From contig OZ240241.1 of the NCBI GenBank assembly GCA_965198115.1, positions 7,648,001-7,712,000 on the forward strand: a stretch of 64,000 nucleotides of DNA, given 5' to 3'. Origin of the DNA: Candidatus Latescibacterota bacterium. Lineage in GTDB: Bacteria > Latescibacterota > UBA2968. A model generated the notes under the pieces. The model searched no databases. It saw only the letters and a program-made list of their open reading frames with translations, and was not told the origin of the DNA. Shown in pieces: positions 20,012 to 31,638 of this stretch. Each line of letters opens with the position of its first letter. The first letter of the stretch is position 1. The position numbers and the translations under genes are program-made.

Positions 20012-21121
20012 CTACCAATCGACAACCGATCCGTCGTCCGGATCGAACTGCGCAACGTAGGGCCGCGGCTCACCGACCATCCCTCGCAGCTTGTCTTCGT
20101 CGATAGTGATGCCGAGGCCGGGCTCCGTCGGTACTGGACGGTGGCCATCTTTGACGGGCGGGAGCGGCTTCGCGAGCAACTCATCGTACTCGTTGTCGCC
20201 CCGCTCCTGAGCGAGAAAGTTTGGAATGCATGCAGCGATCTGAAGGCTGGCAGCGAGAGAGCATGGGCCCTGAGGGTTGTGAGGCGCCAACGGTGTGTAA
20301 TAGGCCTCGGCCATGCCGGCGATAATCTTCAGCTCCGTGATGCCGCCGGCGTAGCAGACGTCAGGCTGAAGGATCGTGGCCGCTCGCTTCTCGAGAAGCT
20401 CTCGGAATCCCCATTTGGTGAAGATGCGTTCGCCCGTGGCAAGCGGGATGTGTGTCTTTGCGGCGATCTCTGCCATCACGTCCACGTTGAGGGCCTGCAC
20501 GACTTCTTCGTAGAACCACGGCTGGTAGGGTTCGAGCGCCTTGATGAGAAGCATCGCCGTGGGCGGCTGGACGGCGCCGTGAAAGTCGACGCCGATGTCG
20601 ACGTCCGGGCCGTGTTGCTCACGCAACGCAGCGAATCGCTCCGTGACTTCCTCGACGAACTTGGCTCCCTCGACGTATTTGAAAGCCTTTCGGGAGGTCT
20701 GCGGGCCGACCTTCAACGCGTTGACGCCCGTTTCCTGGCTGACCTGACCGTAGACGCGAACGCGTTCGCGCGTGGGCCCGCCCAAGAGCTTGTAGACGGG
20801 GACACCGTAGCACTTTCCCGTGATGTCCCATAGTGCCTGGTCGATGCCGGAGGAGATGGCGGTCTTGATCGGCCCGCCACGATAGAAGGCGCCGCGATGG
20901 ATGGCCTGCCAGTGGTGCGTGACCTGCCTAGGGTCTTTGTCGACGAGGTAGACCGCGACCTCCTGCGCGCCCGCTGCGCACGCCTTCGCGTCATCCTTGA
21001 GCATCTCACCCCAGCCGGTAACGCCGGCATCGGTAGTTATCTTGACGAAGACCCAGGAGTTGGTGAGGACGTAGGTCTCGATGCCGGTGACTTTGATGGC
21101 TTCGTTTGGAGCGACGAGCAT
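20012..21121 (-). CDS. dgoD: Galactonate dehydratase-like enolase-superfamily enzyme
   Basis: KITTDAGVTGWGE, SGIDQALWDI, VDFHG, YEE, LATGER, QPDVCYAGGITE, APHNP. Confidence 0.75.
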   Translation of the reverse strand: MLVAPNEAIKVTGIETYVLTNSWVFVKITTDAGVTGWGEMLKDDAKACAAGAQEVAVYLVDKDPRQVTHHWQAIHRGAFYRGGPIKTAISSGIDQALWDITGKCYGVPVYKLLGGPTRERVRVYGQVSQETGVNALKVGPQTSRKAFKYVEGAKFVEEVTERFAALREQHGPDVDIGVDFHGAVQPPTAMLLIKALEPYQPWFYEEVVQALNVDVMAEIAAKTHIPLATGERIFTKWGFRELLEKRAATILQPDVCYAGGITELKIIAGMAEAYYTPLAPHNPQGPCSLAASLQIAACIPNFLAQERGDNEYDELLAKPLPPVKDGHRPVPTEPGLGITIDEDKLRGMVGEPRPYVAQFDPDDGSVVDW

Positions 21122-21304
21122 TTGGGTTCCTTGGACTGGAAGTAATTGGCGAATCGCTAGAAAGACTTCGAGTCGGTCGACACAATATGTGGGAGGCTTG
21201 AAACTTTGTCAGCCTTCGGGCACTCTCTCATTCAAACACGGATAGCCTCAGGAATCCGTGGCACGATGTGGATGGGAAGGCCATCCACGAGTAAAGACTG
21301 AAGT

Positions 21305-22204
21305 GTGACATTCGACAGGCGGGATGATACCCTGATCGAGGAACTGACACTCAAGTGTTTTGGACGAATCTGGCCGCTCCACTCCGTCCGCTTCGGCGAG
21401 ACGCTTCAGCAGTCGGGGGGTCGGTTGGTTCGCGTTCTGACGGCGTCCGAAGGGAAATTCGTCTTCAAGGTTGCAAATGTAGCGACGCCGGAAGAGGACG
21501 TGATCCGAGATACGTTCGCCTTCGGATTCTTGAAGGAGCGGGGGTTTGTCCACATACCTGATCTGCTAAAGACGCGAACGGATCATTCCTATTCCAGGGT
21601 CGGGGATCGGCTGGTTTGCGTGATGGAGTGCGTGGAGGGTACTAGCAACAGCCGGACCCCGGAGAACTGGGCTCAGCTCGCCGAAATCGCCGCCGAGCTC
21701 CACGACATCACGGGCTATCCCTACGTATCGACATTCACCGTCAAAGATGAGACCGCTAAATTTCCTGAGACGGCCGCCAAGTTGCCTTTTGAAAAAGCCT
21801 TCATGGAACTCGCGCACGGCCTACCCGATCTTGCCAGTCTGTCGCGGTCGATCATCCATACAGACCTCGGCCTGGCCAATGTTGTCCTGAGGCCCGACGG
21901 GAGGATGGTCCTCGTCGATCTCGATGACATCGGAGTCGGTACCACCATTCTGGACGTTGCTTGTCCGCTGATGTATTTCATCGAAAGCGACAAAGATCGG
22001 TTCCAGAGAGATCGGGCAAAGGCATTCTACGATGCCTACTTTGCAAGACGACGACTTCCTGAGGGGGAAAGAGAGCTTATCTTCGACGCAGGGATCTGGT
22101 TCTTCATGGAATACCTGGGCTTCGGAAACCCTCAGAGGGGTTGGCAGCAGATTCAGTATGCTTTGAAGAATCGCGAGGAGATCGAAGCCGCGATTCTGGG
22201 ATAG
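21305..22204 (+). CDS. APH/homoserine kinase type II-like phosphotransferase
   Basis: FVFK, AELH, IIHTDLGLANV, LVDLDD. Confidence 0.85.
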   Translation: MTFDRRDDTLIEELTLKCFGRIWPLHSVRFGETLQQSGGRLVRVLTASEGKFVFKVANVATPEEDVIRDTFAFGFLKERGFVHIPDLLKTRTDHSYSRVGDRLVCVMECVEGTSNSRTPENWAQLAEIAAELHDITGYPYVSTFTVKDETAKFPETAAKLPFEKAFMELAHGLPDLASLSRSIIHTDLGLANVVLRPDGRMVLVDLDDIGVGTTILDVACPLMYFIESDKDRFQRDRAKAFYDAYFARRRLPEGERELIFDAGIWFFMEYLGFGNPQRGWQQIQYALKNREEIEAAILG

Positions 22205-22267
22205 CGGTCGTTTACGGTCGTCCGATCCCAGGCCACGCTTCTCTGGTGGAGTGTGGCGCCGCGCCGA

Positions 22268-23094
22268 TCAAGGGGTCTCTGCTTTCGAATTTTTGAGCGC
22301 CGCAATTTGTTCCACTACCTTGTAGACGGCCCGTACTACGTCCTCCGTCACTTCGCGATCTCGCCCAAAAGCCAATTCTGTTTCATCCGCACGGTGGTGT
22401 GCATGTGTGTGTTCGGCGCCCTCCTGCGGACTGCCAAACTGTCGATACGACCGGCAGAGGTCGGCCAGGGCTTTGTCGTCGGTCGTGACCATTCCTCCGT
22501 CACCCGAAACCATCGTCTTCCGTTGATAGCTGAAGGACCCGAAGTGCCCGAGCGTGCCAACCTTTCTTCCCCGCCATTCTGATCCTTGCGCCTGTGCGGC
22601 ATCCTCGAGCACGATCAGATCGTGCGCTTCCCCAATGGCTGTGAACGCATCCATATCCGCCGGAATACCGTGCAGATGAACCGGCATCAGCGCGCATTCG
22701 TGATGGCCCCTTCCGTCGCCTTGGGACACATCGAACAATTCCTGGGATCGATGTCTACCGGCACGGGCAAGGCACCGGCCAGAAGCACCGAAAGCGGACA
22801 GGCCACAAATGTGAAGGTGGGCATGATCACCTCATCGCCCGGTCCGATTCCGGCCGCCTTCAAGGCAAGCGTCATCGTCTCGGTGCCGTTGATGGATGAA
22901 ATCGCGTAGGCCGCGCCCATCCACTCGGCGAATTGAGCCTCCAGTTCCTCGCCCTTCGTGCCCCTCCCATACTGCCACTTTCCACTCTCGGCCACTCGTG
23001 ATACGGCTGCAACCTCATCCGCACCGTAGATCGGCCACTCGGGTGGTGGCGCCTCTCGAATTGGTTCTCCACCCAGCAACGCCAGCTCGCTCAT
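22268..23094 (-). pseudogene. DegT/DnrJ/EryC1/StrS aminotransferase, frameshifted and internally deleted
   Basis: LALLGGEP, GIGPGDEVIMPTFTFVA; other frame MPVHLHGIPADM..LEDAAQAQG..SFSYQRK..GDGGM; too short for the family. Confidence 0.85.
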
Positions 23095-23299
23095 CGCATT
23101 TCCCTCGTTCTATGTCGGGATCCAACCAGTTCGGCGGAAGCGTAGGGTAATATACTCGCTGGTACCCGTGTCGCGCTCGTCTCGAAAATATCTACGCTCG
23201 AAGAAAACCGAGGTTGACGCTTTCGTATGCGGATCGTTCCGTTTGTGCGGACGAAATACGAGACTCCTGCAACGACGACCACACCGAGGAGACAACGGG

Positions 23300-24134
23300 A
23301 TGCTCGCAGACCTTTCAGGGAAGACGGCGTTGGTGACGGGGGGCGGCCAGGGCATCGGGCGCGGCATCGTGCTCAAGCTGGCCGAGCAGGGCGCTGACGT
23401 GGCGATCGCGGATATCAATGACGAAGGGGCTACGGCGGTCGTGGAAGAGGTGAAGGCGCTCGGGCGCGAGAGTTTCGAGGTGCGGCTCGACGTGACTGAC
23501 AAGGGCTCGGTGGACAACGCCGTGAAGGATGTCATCGACGGGTTCGGACACCTGGACATTCCTGGTAAACAATGCCGGGATCGGTCGGCTCGCGGGTCAC
23601 GCCGGCGGCGGCTTGGACGACGATTGGGAGGAGAACTGGGAAACCGTCCTCGAAATAAACGTGCAGGGGGTCATGCGTTGTACGAAAGCCGTCCTTGGCC
23701 ACTTTATGGAGAGGAAGTACGGAAAAATCATCAACACGGCGTCGGGAGCCGGGAGAGGGCCGATTTGGCAAGGGCCTTCCACGGCGGGTATGGGCAATCC
23801 ATACGGACCGTCAAAGGCCGCGGTGATCAATTACACCCAGTATCTGGCATCCAGCTTGGGACCGCACAACATCAACGTGAACGCGATCTGCCCCGGACGC
23901 GTTTGGACGGCCTTTCACGAGTTGGCCCTTTCGGAGAGGAAGAGCAAGGATGCAGCGCTCGCGGAGAAAGATTCCTACGAGCTGTTCACGGAAAGCGTAA
24001 AGAAGGTGACCCCCTTGGGAAGGGAACAGACGCCCGCAGAGATTGGCAGTTTGGTGGCGTTTCTGGCGTCTGATGATGCGAGTTCCATAACGGGTCAATC
24101 GATTCATATCGACGGTGGTCAGAGAATGGTCTGA
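23300..24134 (+). pseudogene. SDR family oxidoreductase with a frameshift near 23560
   Basis: ALVTGGGQGIGRGI..LDI / LVNNAGI..YGPSKAA..INVNAICPG..ITGQSIHIDGG. Confidence 0.9.
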
Positions 24135-24162
24135 TGGCCGGAATCGGCAGGAGGACAGCTGG

Positions 24163-25274
24163 ATGAAGATTGTGGATCTGACGCTTGCGTTGTTCAAGTG
24201 GGAAGGCATACACGAGGGCTCGCCAAGCGCCACACAGGTCGACTGGGCGGGGACAGCCAGATTGGACTGCTCACGATCGGCACGGACGAGGGAATCGAAG
24301 GCCACGCGTTCCTGGGGACTTCCAACCGCAGTGCGGAGATGGATGCCACGTCGCTGATCCAATTCCTGAAGCCCGTGGTCATGGATCAGAACCCACTCGA
24401 TCGGGAGAATCTGTACGAGACGATGATCTTTCTTTATCGGAATACCACGATGCGAGCCATTGGCGCGGTCGACGTCGCGCTCTGGGACATCGCCGGTAAG
24501 ATCGCGGGTCTGCCAATTCACCAGTTGCTCGGCTCCTACCGAGATCGTATCCCGGCCTACGTCAGCTCACCCCGTTTTGGATCGCCGGAGGAGTACGCAG
24601 AACAAGCGGCGGAAAGTCAGGCAGCCGGATGGGCGGCCTACAAAATCCACCCACCGGCTGTCAACATCGAGGAGGACATTGAGATCTGCCGGGCCGTGCG
24701 GGAAGCAGTGGGCGACGATTATCGACTCATGCTGGATTCGATCTGGGCCTATGACTACCCCCAGGCGCTCAAAGTCGGACGGGCGATTCAAGATCTTGGC
24801 TACTACTGGTACGAGGATCCCCTGGCAGGGGACGACATCGGCAACTATGTGAAACTTCGACACCACCTCCACATTCCGATGATGGCGACGGAACATTCAC
24901 CTGGCGGCTTCACGGCATACGCCCCGTGGCTGACAGCCCAGGCGACAGACTACTTGCGAGGAGACGTGGCCGTGAAGGGCGGCATTACCGCGGTGATGAA
25001 GACTGCGCACCTGGCCGAGGCCTTTCATATGAATTATGAAATACACCACGGCGGCAACTCGCTGAATAACGTTGCGAATCTTCACGCGACCATGGCGATC
25101 AGGAACACGGAGTACTTCGAGGTGCTCCTGCCCTCCGAAGCGCAGAAGTATGGGTTGGTGGAAGATATCGAGCAGGACGGCAACGGCTTGGTGCACGCCT
25201 TTGATGAACCGGGTCTGGGGGCGAAGATCGACTTCGATCTGATCGAACGGAACAAAGTCGCCACGCTGTCGTGA
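24163..25274 (+). pseudogene. Mandelate racemase/muconate lactonizing enzyme family; frameshift near the N-terminus
   Basis: MKIVDLTLALFKWEG then a frame change; AVDVALWDIAGK, YKIH, LMLD, WYEDP, RGDVAVKGGIT. Confidence 0.8.
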
Positions 25275-25356
25275 GTCATGCTTCGACCCTCGGCCGATGA
25301 ATGGATCGGAGACAGCTGGTGCGTAGAATTCATAACCTGAATGGGGGGATGGCGGG

Positions 25357-25866
25357 TTGATGAAGCTGCCTGAAGAGCTCTTCGCTTTTCTGGAGGCGCA
25401 AGGGTTATCTTACAAAGCGACAGAACACGAGGCGGTGTTCACGGTCGAGGAATCGGCTCGTCTGGTGCCGGAACTGTCCGGCGCAAAGACGAAGAACCTG
25501 TTTCTTCGGGACAAGGCTGGCGATCGGCACCTCCTGGTCGTCGTGGGTCACGAGAAACGGGTCGATCTGAAAGAACTCTCGCGCAGGCTAGGAACGAGCA
25601 AGCTGAGACTGGCTTCTCCCAGACGCTTGGAAGTCCACCTGGGACAGTCGCCCGGGTCGGTTTCGCTGATGGCTCTGGTGAACGACACGGATGGGACGGT
25701 GGAGCTGGTGATCGACCATTCCGTCTGGGAGGCGGAAGCGATACAGTGTCATCCGCTTGCGAACACGGCAACGATCGTGATGCCTCGGGAAGACGTGGAA
25801 CGCTTCGTTGCGGCCACGGGTCATACACTGGTGGTGATGGAGGTCCCTGCGGTAACGCCTGCGTGA
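25357..25866 (+). CDS. YbaK/ProX-type aminoacyl-tRNA deacylase (PrdX-like)
   Basis: EHEAVFTVEE, KTKNLFLRDK, LGQSPGSVS, CHPLANTAT. Confidence 0.9.
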   Translation: MMKLPEELFAFLEAQGLSYKATEHEAVFTVEESARLVPELSGAKTKNLFLRDKAGDRHLLVVVGHEKRVDLKELSRRLGTSKLRLASPRRLEVHLGQSPGSVSLMALVNDTDGTVELVIDHSVWEAEAIQCHPLANTATIVMPREDVERFVAATGHTLVVMEVPAVTPA

Positions 25867-25989
25867 TGGATTCCCGCTGACGTTCAGCTTCACGTCTCTG
25901 CCTCGAGTTGCGGACAGATCGGGCATCCGTATCGTGACGAACCGGCTGACGACTTTGCGGGGACGGCAATGACACGGTGAGGAGGAGAT

Positions 25990-26850
25990 GTGACCTCGAC
26001 TGACACAACCATCGAAGTTCGTCTCGTATCGGGCGCCCTGGGTGCCGAGATTCACGGTGTTGACCTGCGTGAGCCGATATCGGATGAAGATTTTGAAGGC
26101 ATCCGACAAGCCTTCTGGGATCACAGCGTCATCTTTTTTCGGGATCAGGACCTGAGTCCGGAGCAGCACATCGCGTTTGCGGACCGATGGGGCGACATTA
26201 ACGTCAATCGATTCTTCAAGCAGGTGGAAGGGCATCCGCAGGTCGCGGAGGTGCGCAAAGAGCCGGACCAGGAGAGGAACGTCGGTCGATTCTGGCACAC
26301 GGATCACTCCTACGACCAGATTCCGGCGATGGCGTCGATTCTCTACGCGAAAGAAGTGCCGGACGTTGGTGGAGACACATTGTTCTCGAGTATGTATGCG
26401 GCCCACGACGCCCTATCTGAAGGCATGCGCGCAACTCTTAACGCATTGAAGGCAGTCCACTCGAGCCGGCATGTCTTCGGGAAGCCACGTGGTGAGGGAA
26501 AGGCGGATGATCGAATCGGGAATCCGGAGGCGGCCAGGCAGGACGCCCTCCATCCGGTGATCATCCGTCACCCGGACACGAGGCGCAAAGCGCTGTATGT
26601 GAACAGGAGTTTCACGGTCCGGATCGAGGGTTGGACGGAGCAGGAATCGAAGAGCTTACTGGACTTTTTGTATGATCACGCGGCGAACCCCGAGTTCACG
26701 TGTCGATTCCGGTGGGAGAAGGGATCGATCGCGATGTGGGACAACCGCGTAACGTGGCATCGTGCGCTGAACGATTATCCCGGGCAGCGTCGATATATGC
26801 ATCGAATCACGGTGGAAGGCGTCCCGCTACACGGTGTCGAGTGTAGTTGA
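25990..26850 (+). CDS. TauD/TfdA family dioxygenase
   Basis: LGAEIHGVDL, WHTDHS, GGDTLF, HPVIIRHPDT, WDNR..HRA. Confidence 0.92.
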   Translation: MTSTDTTIEVRLVSGALGAEIHGVDLREPISDEDFEGIRQAFWDHSVIFFRDQDLSPEQHIAFADRWGDINVNRFFKQVEGHPQVAEVRKEPDQERNVGRFWHTDHSYDQIPAMASILYAKEVPDVGGDTLFSSMYAAHDALSEGMRATLNALKAVHSSRHVFGKPRGEGKADDRIGNPEAARQDALHPVIIRHPDTRRKALYVNRSFTVRIEGWTEQESKSLLDFLYDHAANPEFTCRFRWEKGSIAMWDNRVTWHRALNDYPGQRRYMHRITVEGVPLHGVECS

Positions 26851-26889
26851 CTCAGCCCGCTCAGGTATACTCCCTCATAGCGAGATGAC

Positions 26890-28140
26890 TTGACCGACCT
26901 CTTTCGCGGATACAACCTCCGAGATTACAACGAGAACGTCCGACGTTTCTTCCTCTTCGGCATCCCGCTGGTCGCCGGGATGACCGTCCAGAGTCTTCTT
27001 TACAATCTCTATCTGACGCGTCTTGGCTTTCAGGAAGACTTTATCGGCCTGATCGTTGGGGTCGCCCCGATCGCGTGCGGCCTGTTCGCTTTTCCTATCG
27101 GCTACCTCAGCGATCGCATCGGCCGCCGACCGTTCCTGATTGCCACGGCCACTGTTCTCGCGACAACGCAGGTCGGGCTGGTCACGCTTTCGAACCCGAC
27201 GATCCTTCTCGTGTTGTCGTTCCTGGCTGGAACGTCCACGGCATTCCTATGGGTCAATCACGTCCCGTTCCTCAGCGAGAATGCCCGGCCGGAGCGTCGT
27301 GCGCAGGCCATCGCGATCTGGATGGGCATTCAGGCGATGACTCGGATGGGAGTCAGCCTCGTTGGGGGGTCACTGCCCGGCGTGATGGCGGGTCTGACCG
27401 GGACCTCGCCCCACCTGCCCGAGCCCTACCGCTATGCTCTCTACGTCGGGGCGGGCCTCTTCCTGTTTTCCATCTGGCCGCTGCTCGGCGTCGAGCCGGG
27501 CGTTCAAAAACCGCGGGCATTCGACCCGGAGGCCGAGGACGTCCCGTTCCCTACCGGTGTGTTCGTGGCCTTCTCCGCGATCGCCACCTGCAGGGGCGCC
27601 TCGATGGGGTTCTCGTTTCCGTTCTTCAACGTGTTTCTGCAGGAGGAGCTCGGAACCTCGACGGCCCTGATCGGAATCGTCTTTTTCGTCGCCCAGATCG
27701 TAACGGTGCCGGCGACGGTCGCGGCTCCGGCGATGGCCAGACGATGGGGTGCGGTCAAGACGATCGTTCCGCTCCGTGTCATCGGGGCCATCACGATGGT
27801 GTGTCTGGGACTGTCGAGTGATCTCTGGTGGGCGCTTGTCTTTGTGGTGATTGGAGCCGCGGCCGAAGCCATCACGAGCCCTACTGAAATGACCTTCGCG
27901 ACCCGTGTGATACCCAGGAAGTTCTGGGGTCGGATCCAGAGTGTGCGGGTGGCGGGTTTCCAGATCCCGTCCGGTATCGCGAGTCTCATCGCCGGTTTCG
28001 TGATCGTCAAATATGGCTACTGGCTGACGTTCATGATCGCCGCGGCCCTACGCTTCACGAGTGCCATGACTTTCTTGGTGGCGTTCAGGCGAACGACCGT
28101 GCTGGAGCCCGAGGAGCTGCCCGCTACGTCGGCAGTCTGA
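26890..28140 (+). CDS. MFS transporter
   Basis: GYLSDRIGRR motif A, about 12 TM segments. Confidence 0.9.
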   Translation: MTDLFRGYNLRDYNENVRRFFLFGIPLVAGMTVQSLLYNLYLTRLGFQEDFIGLIVGVAPIACGLFAFPIGYLSDRIGRRPFLIATATVLATTQVGLVTLSNPTILLVLSFLAGTSTAFLWVNHVPFLSENARPERRAQAIAIWMGIQAMTRMGVSLVGGSLPGVMAGLTGTSPHLPEPYRYALYVGAGLFLFSIWPLLGVEPGVQKPRAFDPEAEDVPFPTGVFVAFSAIATCRGASMGFSFPFFNVFLQEELGTSTALIGIVFFVAQIVTVPATVAAPAMARRWGAVKTIVPLRVIGAITMVCLGLSSDLWWALVFVVIGAAAEAITSPTEMTFATRVIPRKFWGRIQSVRVAGFQIPSGIASLIAGFVIVKYGYWLTFMIAAALRFTSAMTFLVAFRRTTVLEPEELPATSAV

Positions 28141-28156
28141 CGAACGGCGGGAACCA

Positions 28157-28218
28157 CCCTTCGATACGCGGCTTCGCCGCTACTCAGGGCAGGCAGATGA
28201 ACACAGATGAACACAAAT
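28157..28218. repeat. REP-like hairpin followed by a 10-bp tandem repeat
   Basis: CCCTTCGATACGCGGCTTCGCCGCTACTCAGGGCAGGC then CAGATGAACA x2.5. Confidence 0.55.
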
Positions 28219-28340
28219 GTTGTAGCCTCGGGATCTGGCAGCCCTATTCGGGAATGGGATTTGGGCAGCCAGAAGAATGACTTCGCTACATCAATGACAA
28301 TCGCTGGATCTCTGACCTATCAATCGTAGGAGGATGACTG

Positions 28341-29207
28341 GTGGCGATTCATTTTGCGATGGGGGGTGCGATTTTCGGGGCGTTCACGGCTGAGTCCGTC
28401 AACCTGATTGCAAAGTACGGGTTGCCCGGGGTTGAGCCTTACCGAAACGGAGTGCTCGCCTGGCTCGATCAGCCGGAAGCGCTGAAGGATCTTCTGGATG
28501 GACACGGCATTCGGCTCATTACGGCTTCGAACGGTGGTCCCGATCAGTCGACGGAGTTTATCGACCTGTCCAGGCGTGAGGAGACCATTGCCGATCACGT
28601 CGCTTTCTGCAGGGACTTCCTGAAGGTGTTTGGCTGCACGCACTTCAAGATCAATATGGGCGGTCGTCCGGCGGACGGGACGTCACTCGAAGATATCAAG
28701 GCGATCGCGGAGACCGTAACGGAGCTGGGGAAGCGGACGCTCGATATGGGGGTCACGATTGCCCCGCACCCACACATCTGGGGACCGATCGAGCGACCCG
28801 AAGAGGTTCGGGCACTTCTGGATCAGACAGACCCGGAGATCGTCTCGTGGATTCCCGACACAGCTCAGCTCAACCTCGGTGGAGGCGATCCCGTCGAGCT
28901 GATCTCCGACTACTACGATCGTCTGGCCGCTGTTCACTGGAAAGACTCGAAGGCATCCTACCGGGGGTATACGGGGCCGACACCGACGAAGGAGATGCAC
29001 GCCGAAGAGATCCTCTACAAGGACTTGGGCTCGGGAGGCGTCGATCATCCCGGGATCTGGAAGATGCTGGTGGAGCGCGGCTACGACGGTTGGATCACGC
29101 TCGATCTTGATCCGCCGCGTCCTAACGAGGGCGAGGGATCAGTCGACGACAAGATCGGGATCAACCATCGGTATTTGATCGAGACGCTGGAGGTTCCGCA
29201 CCTTTAA
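28341..29207 (+). CDS. Sugar phosphate isomerase/epimerase (IolE-like TIM barrel)
   Basis: APHPH..IE, PDTAQL, VHWKD, LGSGGVD, YDGWITLDLD. Confidence 0.85.
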   Translation: MAIHFAMGGAIFGAFTAESVNLIAKYGLPGVEPYRNGVLAWLDQPEALKDLLDGHGIRLITASNGGPDQSTEFIDLSRREETIADHVAFCRDFLKVFGCTHFKINMGGRPADGTSLEDIKAIAETVTELGKRTLDMGVTIAPHPHIWGPIERPEEVRALLDQTDPEIVSWIPDTAQLNLGGGDPVELISDYYDRLAAVHWKDSKASYRGYTGPTPTKEMHAEEILYKDLGSGGVDHPGIWKMLVERGYDGWITLDLDPPRPNEGEGSVDDKIGINHRYLIETLEVPHL

Positions 29208-29285
29208 AACCGAAGCAGCCACTGAGGGCACTGAGAACACTGAGATTACTGGTGGAAGGTAGGCTGGAGACCTATCATAAATCAG

Positions 29286-29320
29286 AACGGCTCACGCTGA
29301 CGAAAGCGTGAGCCGTTTCT
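29286..29320. terminator. Bidirectional terminator
   Basis: AACGGCTCACGCT-GACGAA-AGCGTGAGCCGTTT between convergent genes. Confidence 0.75.
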
Positions 29321-29344
29321 CATTGAACAAGATGGAGACACCGT

Positions 29345-30553
29345 TCATGCACGCATCAGCTGGAGGCAGTTCTCGTAAGCTTCGAAGTGTTCGCCCTCGC
29401 GTTCATCGGGGTCGACGAGTTTGAGGAACAGGGCGCTGTTGGGCTTCTTTCCGGTGAATTCGCGGTGGCTTTTGATGTGCGTGGGATCGGGGCCGCTCCA
29501 CTTCACCTCGCCGTCCTGGAGGTAGACGAAGTCCCCACCGTAGCGATCGATCATCTGCCGCATCCGGTCGCGGTAGAAGAGGCCCTGCTCACAGGCCGTT
29601 TCGCGCACGGTGGCCATCGTGGCGGCGGGATCTTCCTCGACGGAATCGAATTCGTTCAGGGGCGCGTCGACTTCGCTCTCGAGATTGATCTGATCGAGAT
29701 CGACCGTGCCGAACCCACTCTGGGCCGCGACAAGCAGATGGTTGCGGTCTCGGCGGAAAGGGGGCGTGGGCCAGTCAGATGCCGGATCGTGGCCCATCAA
29801 GTGCGCGCCGACGGCGTCGGTGGCCACGATCTGATCACCGGCAACGAGGGTGTCGCAGATTCGACCCTCCCCACCCCACTCACGTCCCCACTGGCCGGTG
29901 GTGGCGTCGATGATGTTGAGGCACGGGTTGGTGATACGCGCGAGGTCGGGGAGGACGTAGGACAACCGGATCGCGTGATGGAAGTAGCTGCGCACTCGTC
30001 CCTCGGGCGGGATCGTGGGCGTGAGACCGAACAGGTTTTTCGTGCACAGGGTGACGCCCATGAAGAGATGATTCTTCATTTTGGCGACGGAGACGACCTC
30101 GTCCGCCTCGCTGAAGCAACGGTTGAGGGTGTAACGCTGAAACATACAGCCACCTCCCGGCACGTCGTATTCGGCAAAAGGCGGGAGGTTCGACTCGGCG
30201 TACTCGACATCGAATTCTTCGAGTAGCGGCAAGTAGTTCCCGTAGTCGGTGCGAGTATGGGATTCGTCGTGACAGAAGGTATCGGCTGCGACGAGGGTGG
30301 CTGACGTCCGCTCCCGCAGGAGACGAAGTACGGCTCGGCAAACGGCATCGTCGACGAGCTCACGGCGACGACCCTCGAACTTGTGAATGTCGGTGTGGCC
30401 CATATTGAACTTGAGCGCGATGCGACCCGCCTTCTCCAACTTCTCCCACGATCGTTTCAGTGGTGCTGTGGCTCGCACTAGGGATTCGTAGACCTCCTCC
30501 TCGGAAGCCTGGTGGTCACAGCGAACTGCACGAACACGATAGTCTTTCGACAT
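29345..30553 (-). CDS. DUF362 domain protein
   Basis: IALKFN, VVSVAKMKNH..GVTLCTKNLFG, LNIIDA, GDQIVATDAV. Confidence 0.85.
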   Translation of the reverse strand: MSKDYRVRAVRCDHQASEEEVYESLVRATAPLKRSWEKLEKAGRIALKFNMGHTDIHKFEGRRRELVDDAVCRAVLRLLRERTSATLVAADTFCHDESHTRTDYGNYLPLLEEFDVEYAESNLPPFAEYDVPGGGCMFQRYTLNRCFSEADEVVSVAKMKNHLFMGVTLCTKNLFGLTPTIPPEGRVRSYFHHAIRLSYVLPDLARITNPCLNIIDATTGQWGREWGGEGRICDTLVAGDQIVATDAVGAHLMGHDPASDWPTPPFRRDRNHLLVAAQSGFGTVDLDQINLESEVDAPLNEFDSVEEDPAATMATVRETACEQGLFYRDRMRQMIDRYGGDFVYLQDGEVKWSGPDPTHIKSHREFTGKKPNSALFLKLVDPDEREGEHFEAYENCLQLMRA

Positions 30554-30566
30554 TTGCTCCTCGCTC

Positions 30567-31561
30567 TCAGCTTACTTGAAAGGCCCAGGCGTCCCATATG
30601 TTGGTAGATGTCGCCGGAACGTCTTCGTGGAAGTTTCTCGTGTCGACCCACCACTGCTGCTCCCAGCTGGGCCCCCATTCCGGTTCGTAGAGCGACAGAC
30701 CGTCCTTCTGGTAATCGCACAAGGGACGACGTAGCGCATGGCGGGTTCCCCGAGTTCGGCCGAGCGATTGACGCCGGGCGAGTGAATCAGTCGCTGGTGC
30801 CAGAAGACGACGTCTCCGGCCCTGCCCGGGAATTCTACCGGCGTGGTGTTCCTGATCGCGTCGTCACGAGCCTCTGCCAACGCCTCCTCCATTTCGGGAT
30901 CCCGCCTGTTTCCGAAGACGGTGGCGAAGTAAGGATGCAGGCAACGGTGCGAACCGGGCCAAACCGTGAAGCCGCCGCAGTGCGGGGCGATGTCATCGAT
31001 CAGAACCATGGCTGTCAGATGCCCGGTCGTACCGTCGGCGTGTGGTCCCAGTTGGCCTTCGACGTCCGGATCTTGTGGAAACTGAATGTAGACACCACGA
31101 ACCCGTCGCGAGAGTCTGACGGGCTCGCCGATGAACTTTGCAACCAGTTCTCGCATGCGTGGGTGATTCGCGATGCCGTCGACAAAGAGCGGCTCGGAGC
31201 CGATCGCGCCACGTGAGCGGAACTTCCAGCCACCGCGCGTCAGCTGCCCGACCGTCGCTGCATCTTCCTCGGTCCATTCCTCGTTCGGTATGCGGAGCCA
31301 GGAGGTCGGATCGTCACGCTTGAGCAGTCCTCGCGGCACGCTGTCCCACGCGTAGTCGATGATTTTCTTGAAGGTGTCGTGCGCATTCAGCAACCCGCGC
31401 TTGACGAGGAAGCCGTTCTCCTTGAAGAACTCGATTTCAGCGTCGCTGAGTGTCGGATCGCCGTTCGTGAAGTCCGGATAAACGAACACCTTGGCCTCAC
31501 GAATGGGCACCTCATCTTCGGCGGATTCTGTCGTTGGGGAGTGTGGAACCTCCGTGCTCAT
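30567..31561 (-). pseudogene. PhyH family dioxygenase with a frameshift near 30718
   Basis: EIEFFKENGFL, PHAD, GGFTVWPGSH, GDVVFWH..HSPG; tail CDYQKDG..WWVD is in another frame. Confidence 0.8.
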
Positions 31562-31638
31562 TGCGACTCCCAGGGAATAGCTACGTTGCGCGAGTTTCGC
31601 TACGAATGAAAGGGGTCTTTCGGACGTTGTCAATATCA